Part shown: in pieces, positions 53,839-64,000 of the stretch
Numbering within the stretch: position 1 is the stretch's first letter
Layout of the letters: each line of letters opens with the position of its first letter
Notes under the pieces: model-generated
Database searches by the model: none
Told to the model about the DNA's origin: nothing
What the model saw: only the letters and a program-made list of their open reading frames with translations
DNA from: Octopus sinensis
Taxonomy: Eukaryota
Length of the DNA: 64,000 nucleotides
Assembly: GCF_006345805.1 (NCBI RefSeq)
Contig: NC_043013.1
Coordinates: forward strand, 30,504,001 to 30,568,000
Direction of reading: 5' to 3'
Position numbers and translations under genes: made by a program

Positions 53839-55126
53839 TCGTATTGTGCGTGTTTCTGGGGGGGTGTTGGAATATGTGTGCGTGTGTGTGCACGCGCGTA
53901 TCTATTTCAGCTTCTTTAGAGCAATTAATTTATCATAACTAATCATAATGATGGCTACCGCGAATGGAGAGATGAAAATAAAATCCTCGCATATAGATTA
54001 ACAAAAATACAAGTATCATATAGATATTTGCCGTGAGTTGTATTTTTTCAGACAGATTAGTCGTAAGTAGAAGTGTGAAAATATTGACAGGCTATTCCTC
54101 CCGAAGGAACAGGATATAGACAACTCTGAGAAGCGATAATTTAAGAAGGCGTCAGTCAAACTGTCAGAATGAAACGCTATAGCTTTACATTTAGTGACAT
54201 TACTTAAAAAAAGAATAAAAATCATTTCGTTTTTTCCTTGAAGCAACGTATAGAATATTAGAAGGCTACCAAATATTTGTGCTAAGTATAAAAGAATTAA
54301 AATAATTGCAAAGAAATACAATGTAATATTTTAAAAATAAGAATGTTATCGGAACTAAATTATCTTTAAAATTAAAGCAATTATAAATAACCCGAAGTCA
54401 AACATGAGACTTATCGATTAATATTTATAACTATCTTTTTCATAGTATAATTGAGATTGATATATTTCATTTATTTATGTCATCCCATTAGTCAATAGAA
54501 ACATCTCAAAATTTAATTTTTCTAATTGGAACGTTTGACATAAGTCTAAGTATACGTTGTGTTGTTGAAGCATTCAGCATTGACTGTTTTTCATTATCTC
54601 CAGCGAGTCGTTTCTTTCCCGTAGATTCAAATCAGCAATAAATTAACCACATCCAGACTTAAACAGTTAGGCATCTATACAAATTGCACTTGACCACTTA
54701 ACCAAGTCAACTCGTTCATTTTTCTTTTTTTTTGCGTAGTCGAAATATTCATCGTATACATTGCGTACCGAAAATAACATCGGTGAAGAAATGTAGAACT
54801 TGAGATCCAAGCTGCTTAATGATGGAGGTATTTGACCTGCCTGTACTGTGGTTAAAGTGAAAATATGAGCCCAATATATGACACCAGGCCCCAAATCTCA
54901 GAGTGTTTATGGCAGTTATTTGAAACTGCGTGCAAAAGGAGTCTCCCGTAGAAAATGGAATAAGATACACCTTCATGAACTTCAGGCTTTGTACCTCAAC
55001 AAGGAAGTTTATCCATAGTTTACGCCTAATCCAACAATGAAGACACAAAGTCTACTCCACAGAAACACATGCGATCAGAATAATTCGGAGAGACTCTGTG
55101 ATAATTACAACAATTCGTTGTGTCGT

Positions 55127-55224
55127 TGTGTGGTATGCAGCTGTCTTCACAAGCACATAGCTTCCGGTTCAGATCCACTGTCCGGCACCTTGGGCAGTTG
55201 TCTTCTACAATAGGCACAGACTGG

Positions 55225-55226
<2 letters not shown>
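55127..55226 (+). mobile_element. CORE-like SINE, truncated
   Basis: gtgtggtatgcagct...ggcaccttgggcagttgtcttctac. Confidence 0.75.
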
Positions 55227-55305
<79 letters not shown>

Positions 55306-56559
55306 TGTAGAAACATAATAAAAGTTCACTCAATCACACACAGACACACTCACACACAGACACACGCGCAGACACAGAGACATATGCACATAGAGACTTG
55401 AGCGCACACAGAGATACATATATATGTGTGTATGTGTGTGTATGTATGCATGTATAATATATACCCATGCCTCTCATATGTGCACGCATGCACACGTATA
55501 TGTATGTTTATTTAAAAGAGTTATTTATCGTGATTATGCAAGGAATCATTTTATACCTAATTGTTTGAATTTGTTGCAAGCGTATGTGAATGTATGTGAG
55601 TGTGCTTATATGTACTTAGTTATGTGTATGGAAGCGTTTTGAGAGTGTATGCTTTGTGATTATATGTTTAATAAAGGTTATTCGTTAGTGTACTTGTCGC
55701 TTTACATCCCTCACTCACGTTGTTGGACATTACAAATCAATTGGTTCGGGGTAAGACACCTATAATCAGTGGTTATATCATGGCCATTCAGATATTTCAG
55801 GGCAGAACCAAATCATGGCAGGAACTCACATAGAGCTACCAGCTCTGTCCAACTAACTATTTCAACAGAAACAGTTCCCGAGGAAACCCGTGAACTACGT
55901 GCGAAATGAAAGTTAATCGCACTAAGATGGTGCTCCAGTATGGACAAATCCTTTTGTTAAAATTGTTAATGTGTATGTATTAATACACACACATATAGAT
56001 ATATATATACAGAATGTGTTGTGCGTGTTTCTGTGTGCGTGTGAATGCATACATGTTTGTGCTTGTTTGTGCATGAGAGAAAATATTAATCGCAATTAGG
56101 TGATCTGGTGCTATAGTCTTTGACTTTGTGCTTGAATTAATCTTCATTTAAGCAGCTTTATCAGCGAGAAACTCCTGGACATCAAAGCATCCGAACAGTT
56201 ATCATTTATAATACCGTTTTGTGTTTGTCGACTAAAAGGAAACGAAAATCTTTCTCAATCTGATTAAAGTGAATGAAAGATTATCTGCCAGTTTCTGCTG
56301 AACATGCAAGAGACGTAATCAAATGACTCGACCACGGCATTCCTATTTATAATAGAACTATTTCTTGTACGTCCATGTGTTATTTTGAAATTATTAGACG
56401 TGAACTGAGTATATTATATTATTTTCCAGTGAAAAGCAAATCAGCGTCCATGTCCCGTAGAAAGTGATCCGAGGCTGATGCAGGAAATAATCTCCACACC
56501 GGAAACTTTACTCGAAGTTTTATAGTAGAGTGGACAGCGATAGAGTCGCTGAAGTTACC

Positions 56560-56820
56560 AGTTGCTGGATTCACACCGGGAGATGGAATAAATCAATCAA
56601 GTACGTCATGGCAGGATTTGAACTCAGTTTAAAGACGTGGAGAAATACGGTATCCGATCTGTTCAGCTAATTCATCATCATAGTTTGGTTCTTTGATTCT
56701 CAGCATTGAAAGAATTGAAAGCAACTTTGCACTCAGCAGATTTCGAACTCTGAAAAGAAAATATCCCAACAAGTGCCAGTAATTATTCTACCCGACGTTC
56801 TAATGATTTCGCCAATATAA
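56560..56820 (-). mobile_element. Two degenerate Deu/Nin SINE remnants
   Basis: ggcaggatttgaactcag and gcagatttcgaactctgaaa...gttctaatgatttcgcc match the family reverse complement. Confidence 0.6.
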
Positions 56821-58513
56821 CATCTAATTGTAACTTTTATTGGAGATTAGCGTCTTCCCATCACTTAGCCCTTTCCAAATTGTACAAACGTTAAACATTG
56901 GAAGCCTTAACAAACACTGAGGGCACAATCTAACAAATTAGCGCATGAACATCGATTTAATAGCTGAATTCTTTACAGTACATATTCTGCTTTAAACCTG
57001 ACGAGTGGACTAATAATATATACTAAATTACCAGTGTTTCAAAATGGGTGTCATTGGATTTCATAATGAAATATAACACCATTATATTGTTAATAGACTT
57101 TTGAAACTTTATGCCGGACATAACCGAAACAAGTGAACATCGCTATAAGGATTCTAAAAACTTGAAACCTAATGCAGAATAATATGTCACGGCAGACAAT
57201 CGTGCCAGTGTAGGCGCTTTTGATTTTTCCAATATATGGTCCACATGTCACATTCAAGACTGGTACACAGTATCTAGAAGGAAAAATTACCACATGTATG
57301 TATCCTTTTAGTTTAGAAAGTAAGTTAAGATCTAACAAAATCTTTGCATTTTTGTCTTGATTATGATGCTCTTACATATACTGTATTCTTCATTTAGGCA
57401 GTTTCTGACGGCAATTACTTACTAATTTCAGATATTTTAAGCACACATAATCTGGTTTGTATTTTGTTACTCTCATTCGCCGAAATAGACATAAATATTC
57501 ACTTTCATTATTCAGTATGTTAAATTTTCACCTTTGTCAATTATGAAATAGGTTGCCTGATTAGTTTCATCGTTGCTCCAAGTGTTTTGCAGTATTTTGT
57601 TCTTGCATCTTACGATGGCGTATCGTCATACTACGTCTGGCAAAGTCGAGGAGCATAAATAGAAAAGTAGAAACATACAGAAGTCCATGAATATATATTC
57701 AACTTATGTCACATGCTCTTGAACTTTTATACGTTATCAACTTAGTAAAGCTTATAGATAGCTGTGTGTTATTGCTTAAAGTTAAAATTAGTATTTACAT
57801 GAAGTCATGAATAGATGATAAAACGCTATAAGATGTTAACTCTTAAAACTAAAACTATATTTATCTGTACGTTTCATATATTTGAAACAGTATTCGTAAT
57901 CCGGTATTTCAATAAATGCCACTGATCTGACACATGGGTTAACGATGTCAAAAAAAGAAAAAAAAATGATGCTCTCACAAAACATAGATATCTAAAATGA
58001 TCATAATATATATAAAATCTATAATCCAGCTTATGAGATATAATATGAAACAAGAACTACTAAAGCTTCTTAAAATCATGTTTGGCAGGAATAGCTTACA
58101 GAAAATACGCACTGCGTTAAAAAATATCACCATCGCATGTCGGCTGTTACTAACATATTTAATTAAGATAGCAGTAAAAACAAAGTTTAGATACACATTA
58201 AATATTTTTGAATCGAAAAGTTGCAATAACTAGTATGTTTTCTATTATTTCAGCAGGTAGGGAGACATATTTCTGTGATTTTCAAATCATCTCCGAAACT
58301 TAGACTTGAAATACTAGAAATACTAATGAAAAAATCATAAACAAAATGTAGAATATTATTCACTATGCTAAAGTAAAAAAAAAAAAAGCATTGATTGGGG
58401 ATGGAGTATAAGTAATGCGAACATGCTAGCAACGAATCGGAATATGAAAAGAATGCAGAGAAAATAATGTAATAAGTATTACCGTCTGTTTGCACTGTTC
58501 ATATATATCATAT

Positions 58514-58836
58514 GTGAGGGCGCGTGGCTTAGTGGTTAGGGCATTCGGCTCATGATCGTAAGGTTGTGAGTTCGATTCCCGGCGACGCGTTGTGTCCTTG
58601 AGCAAGACACTTTATTTCACGTTGCTCCAGTCCACTCAGCTGGCAAAAATGAGTTGTACTTGTATTTCAAAGGGTCAGCCTTGTCACTCTCTGTGTCACG
58701 CTGATTATCCCCGAGAACTACGTTAAGGGTACACGTGTCTGTGGAATGCTCAGCCATTTGCACGTTAATTTCACGAGCAAGCTGTTCCGTTGATCGTATC
58801 AGCTGGGACCCTCGTCGTCGTAACCGGCGGAGTCTT
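58514..58836 (+). mobile_element. Young CORE-like tRNA-SINE with 12-bp TSD
   Basis: Clean A box tggcttagtgg and B box gttcgattcc, CORE-like gttgtgtccttgagcaagacac; direct repeat tatatatcatat at 58502-58513 and 58837-58848. Confidence 0.93.
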
Positions 58837-59445
58837 TATATATCATATAAGAGCAGAAACATGCATTCTAGATTTAACTCACTGGTGCAAACCAGGCATT
58901 TACGAACAGCGTTTTATATTAAGAGTTGTCAGTTGGCACTTTAAATTCTAGACAGTAAGATTCGAAGTAAAAGTCATTTTATATTTATACGGTATGTATA
59001 AGTAGGAATTATGTGTGATAATATATTTCATAAATCAAAACGTTATATATGACTAAGTCCCGTTTTAAATACAAATGAATTATATAAACTAGCAGAGCCC
59101 ATGCAACTTACACCTTTTATGAAAGATATTGGGACCCTTTTGAAAGCTATTCCTGATACGCTTTACATATTTCAATGGTATCGATTATGTTATTGATTCC
59201 TTCTATATCTATAGTTGTAGAAAGCAAATACTCGAACACATGCTAATACAAGATGAATAAAATTATCAATTCTTCTTTGTGCGTATGATACTCGAATAGA
59301 TAAGCTAATCATAACACAATGCTATATATTTTCTGTCAATAATATATAGAGAGTATCACTTATTTTATAGTTTAGCTGGTAAGCACTTAAACTGATTCGT
59401 AATTTGTGTGCATATAATATATATAAATGTATATAAATGTATGTA

Positions 59446-59509
<64 letters not shown>

Positions 59510-59631
59510 TATACTGAGGTAGAGGCAGAGGAGAGTCCTGCTCAGAGAGAGGGAAGGAGATATTCATTTCTAAGCATAAATTTTTTCTCTCTTCTCTGGG
59601 TGAGAAGAGCATTCGTCTTGTAATGCATATA

Positions 59632-59700
<69 letters not shown>

Positions 59701-59705
59701 CATTA
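59632..59705. repeat. (ATT)n microsatellite at the 3' end of the Dong-like copy
   Basis: Seen directly. Confidence 0.98.
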
Positions 59706-59709
59706 TTTT

Positions 59710-60365
59710 CATATATACTCAATAGACATTTGGAAAAGAAAAGAACCCTAACATCGGCTACAGCATGTAGCCTTAGATGCCATGAACTATGCTAATAGGT
59801 TACAGCAAGTATCCTTAGATGCCAAGAACCTTCCTTAGTATCCTAGCTGTCCATAATAACACCGTCTTCTGGACATGTATTAAACTGGATTTTATACCTA
59901 TTTCCTCTGTCTATCTGTTCAAAAGTTTAGGGAGAGTTCCCAGTGCACCTATAATTACTGCGGTATATTTTACCCGCACTTTCCATAGTATCTGTAATCC
60001 AGTAGCTAGGTCTTGGCACTTTTCTATCTTTTCTATACCTCTCAAATCTTTTTCAGCATTTGGGACTGCAAAATCAAATATCTGGCACTTTGTATTCACT
60101 TTGAAACATTTTAGTTTCTATTATTCTGTCAGTCGGAATGTTAGAGTCCCACAACATCTTGTATTTCTTACTTTCTAGTACTTTACTACATTCATTTACT
60201 AGGTTCATATCCTAGCTTTCCACATAGCTCTCAGTGGATTGCTCTCCTTATCGCATAACTTGTCAGCTGAGAATGCTATATCTATGATCCAACATCGTTT
60301 GCCTTCTTTCTCAATTAAAGTATGTTTGGATTTCTATTCTCTATCAAAGTCACATGTCAGCATCT
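59710..60365 (-). mobile_element. R4/Dong-like 3' end (two RLE fragments + 3' UTR)
   Basis: LESKKYKMLWDSNIPTDRII; TKCQIFDFAVP...EKIEKCQDLA...LWKVRVKYTAVIIGALG; a second piece at 60240-60360 reads IEKEGKRCWIIDIAFSAD. Confidence 0.88.
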
Positions 60366-60374
60366 GTTAAATTT

Positions 60375-61700
60375 TTACAGAGAGTGTACGTTTTCCTCTT
60401 GTTGATTTTGAGACCTTTGGTGTTGGCTATTTGACTAAGACTTTCAGATTTGTCGTGTAACTCTTAAGGCGTGTATGAGAATAAACAAATGACGTCTGCA
60501 TAATCTAAATCTGTTAGTTGAGTTGTGCTCCATTCTTTACTTTGCTTAAATTCTACTGTCGTTCTTTCCATCAACCAATTCACTGCCAATGAAAATAAGT
60601 TTGGTGTAAATTTCCAACTCCGTCCACCCTTCTTTTATTTTGGTACAGATTATGGGCTTTGCGCGATTAAGGATAGTTTGAATGTGGTTCTACCATCATT
60701 CTAATTTTGCTTTTATTATCAGATATTTTGATTCCATCTGTATCTTGTATAGGTTGATCGTAGTATCTTCCTTAATCTCCACTACGTAATCTTTTCATTA
60801 TTTTGTACAGTGATCTTAAATCTTTAAGTTTGTCAGCTAATTCAGCTCTTCGGCTTGTTCAGCCAATCGCTTTGTGTATGTACATATGTCATTCCGAACA
60901 GATTTCTTTACTGCCTTATCTTCATTCATTTATTGCATCATATATCTGTCTATTTGTTTGTTTGATGTAGAACTGCAAAGTTTCTTCCTTATTTCTTTCC
61001 TTTCATCTATGATTTCCACGTGTCATTGCTTTCCGTTCAGATTTAGGATTTTTTTTTGATATTTCTAATAATTTCTTTAGCTGTGTGTATAAGGAAATGG
61101 TTGAAATTGTTAATTATTATATTCTAACTGGTTTCTAAAGCACCGAAACGATTCTGGACTTTTATTTGAAACTGCTTCTTGATTGCATAATCATTCAATT
61201 TAGTCACATGAAAACGTTGATTGCTAGTGGTCCATCTTCTTCATATGTTTAGTTAGAGTTTGCGTTTTGCTGAGTAAGTAGCAATCACTGCCGACGTCTG
61301 GTTTTCTGCTTTCCATAATTGATGCATCTTGCTTCAGTTATTCCAGGTAGGTTCAGGTAATACTCGTTCCTTTCACGTAGTACCTGTGCTAATTTTCCTC
61401 GTTCAAAGAGCGTTCTGATGTTCCAGCATCCAAAACTACAGGGTTTTTTTGGGGTGGGGGAGGTAGACAGGAAGTCAGGCATCGAGTTGGATGCTTACTT
61501 TCGGCTTTGATCTCCAACCGTCATAAAATCCTCTTTCCTTCGCCCAAATAAAAGGGGTTTTGGTTTTGTATTTTTGCTTTTATATCATTATTTCTTGTAA
61601 TCGTTTCAGTAGCTTGTGACTGTCATACTTGTTTACAGGATGATGGGGCTAGTCCTATGCCGAACCTTCCTCCTTTTTTATCCGGGACTGGGACCGACAT
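60375..61700 (-). mobile_element. RTE-clade LINE, internally deleted (5' UTR, APE start, linker, RT motifs)
   Basis: 5' UTR ggaggaaggttcggcataggactagccccatcatcctgtaaa; GCWNIRTLFERGKLAQVLRE...GITEAR; linker QNRFGAL and LAEQAEE; RT piece WLMERTT...LTDLDYADVICL...GLKINKRKT. Confidence 0.9.
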
Positions 61701-63292
61701 AGGCGGAGTTATATATATATATATGTATGTATATATATATATGTGTGTGTGTATATGTGTGTGTGCATGTATATATATATATATAATATATATATATATA
61801 TATACATATACGTATGGATGGAAAGATTCATATATTATATATAGAAAAAGAGTTTAATTTTTAAATGTTTACCTATGCCAATCACCACTTGGTGGAACTG
61901 AATATATATACATATGCTTTAGCCGTATATATGCTCTACATTAGCCGAGTAAGAAGCTTAATATTGATAATTAAAGGTCAATATATCAGGAACTGAGTAA
62001 TCATTTTCATTTGCACAAAACTGCATTTGCTATACGAAATGATTTGTCTAGTTAGAGTTTGCGTTTTGCTGAGTAAGTAGTGATCATTGCTGACGTCTAC
62101 AATCGGATCACTCGCACATCACGTTGGGATCGTCGCCATTTCTTATTCATTATGATGCAGTCGATTCGGCCTTTGCATTTTCCCATCAGGTAATGTCCAA
62201 TTTATGCATATTTATTCACACATACTTATACACCTATATAGGTATGTAGGCAGGCAAGCGTAAGATTGCAATAATCGAAATGAAAAAAATAAAATGCTTA
62301 TGTTGATTGTTTGAAATTTCGAAAAAAATTAATTCCAAAAATTATTTGCCTTTATGTTATTAAGTATATTTTGATCATCTCCAACATAAATTTTGACGAT
62401 CATATAGAGACGTATAGTTAAATTGCGCTTGTACTTAAGGGCTTGCGCGTGTAAGTTTCAGAAATCTTACACTTGTAAGGTTCAGAATTAAAGTCAGTAG
62501 CTTTACTTTGATAACATCTTTATAAACCTGCCAGTATAATTGAGGAGACAGTAAGACTCTTTTAGTTTCCTGATAACAGAAACCCACTCGTGTTACAACA
62601 TGTCTGAGATTTCAACAATGCTTCTCACTTTCAGTCTGTTTATTGTTTTCTACTTGTAAGATAGATAGTTTTCATTATAAAATTGAAGATATTACTTTAT
62701 TTACATTAAGTAACTTATGCATTACTACTATAGATTGTCACTTATTTATTGAAAACACTTTAATTCATTGTGTCTGGCGGAAAGTAAAATAAGTATACAA
62801 ATATACTCATAGTTTTCGACAAAGGAAATGCCGCTACGGCTGCTAGTGAAAAGGAGAGGCGGTGGCGAAGAGTAAGAGCAGGGGGATAGCAGACAAAAGG
62901 AATGTGTGTGAAATTAGATTGTTTCACTACGCAATCACATGTCTCTCGTCTTCCGACTCCTCGTCCTCCTACGTGCATCATAATTCTGACGATCATTACT
63001 GTTATTATAAATCTTCGTTTTGTGTCATAGAATAAACATAATCTATATTATTTTATTTTTTATGACGTTATCGATCTGAACATTAGATTACCAGAATTAA
63101 TGCACCAAATTACCATATTTATCACAAACATATGCATATTATAAATATTTCTATTTAATTGATTTTTGTTATTTATCGAAAATACTTCAATGTTAGAGTG
63201 AACCTAAGGGAAAATACGTTCCGTCCGGGATTAATCTATCATTTCCTATTTCTTGAATTGCATTTGTAGTTAATATTTCATCTTTTAAAATA

Positions 63293-63450
63293 GGCGCAAG
63301 CGTGGCTGAGGGGTAAGAAGTCTGCTTCCTAACAACATGGTCCTGGGTTTAGTCTCACAGCGTGGCACCAATAGTATAAGTACCGGGCTTACAAAGAATA
63401 AATCCTTGGGTCCTCCAGTATGGACTGAGTCAAATAACTCAAGTAAAAGA
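63293..63450 (+). mobile_element. CORE-like SINE, degenerate/deleted
   Basis: ggcgcaagcgtggctgaggggtaagaagtctgcttcc...gcgtggcacc. Confidence 0.7.
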
Positions 63451-63714
63451 ATACAAAAAGAATACAAGCTGGTATCTCTGTTATTTTGGGCAGATAAAAT
63501 AATCACGTAAATACACTTTCTGATGATGATGTTGTTGTTAATGCCCCTTTCCATCTTTAGTACATGATAAGCTCTAATCAACGATAACTATGTCCGAAGT
63601 TATCCCCAAGAATCTGAATTGTTCTATCTGATTCGCCGCGAGTGAAATCGATGGCGGAAGATCAAAGTAAAATAATTATTAACGCAGCAGAGTATGAAGC
63701 GAGAAGGATTTATG

Positions 63715-64000
63715 TTCCTTTCCGAAAGGAATCCTAACATCGAGCTACAGCAAGTGGACGGAGATGCCATGAACCCTGCTAATAGGCTACAGCAAGTATC
63801 CTTAGATGCCAAGAATCTTCCTTATTATCCTAGCTGTCCATAATAACACTGTTTTCTGGACCTGTATTAAACTGGATTTTATAACTCTTTCCTCTATCTA
63901 TCTGTTCAAATATTTAGGGAGAGTTCCCAGTGCACCTATAACTACTGCGGTACATTCTACACGCACATTCTATAGTATCTGTAATCCAATAGCTATGTCT
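63715..64000 (-). mobile_element. R4/Dong-like 3' end, paralogous to 59745-60010 (runs off the window)
   Basis: Aligns by eye with the 59.8-kb copy (gcaagtatccttagatgccaagaa...gggagagttcccagtgcacctataa). Confidence 0.88.

Noticed and set aside
56995-57040. CCTGACGAGTGG core-like start
   Set aside because: No closing stem II or GAAA downstream; at most a truncated relic.
58516-58590. tRNA-like sequence with A and B boxes
   Set aside because: Continues into a SINE body with TSDs; the acceptor stem is not formed.

Overview
AT-rich, microsatellite-dense eukaryotic DNA, intronic or intergenic. The SINE types and the abundant (TA)n, (TATC)n and (TAA)n tracts suggest a coleoid cephalopod, probably Octopus; this is inference. 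I cannot confirm any intact host gene: most ORFs in the track are translated microsatellites, and only a few low-confidence plus-strand exon candidates remain. Transposon relics identifiable by hand translation or terminal structure are R4/Dong-like, Tx1-like, RTE-like and HERO-like non-LTR fragments, a Penelope-like element (PLE; RT + GIY-YIG), an internally deleted mariner, a mini-Helitron and many tRNA-derived SINEs with CORE-like or Deu/Nin-like central domains. The most notable signal is a set of type I hammerhead ribozyme (HHR) motifs between 27.4 and 53.7 kb. Three have an intact catalytic core (27403-27453 minus, 29726-29776 minus, 35024-35096 plus), and several are variant or decayed. 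They sit in short elements embedded in (TA)n tracts, at the 3' end of the PLE, and in long fold-back palindromes. All structures were paired by eye; none was tested computationally or experimentally.
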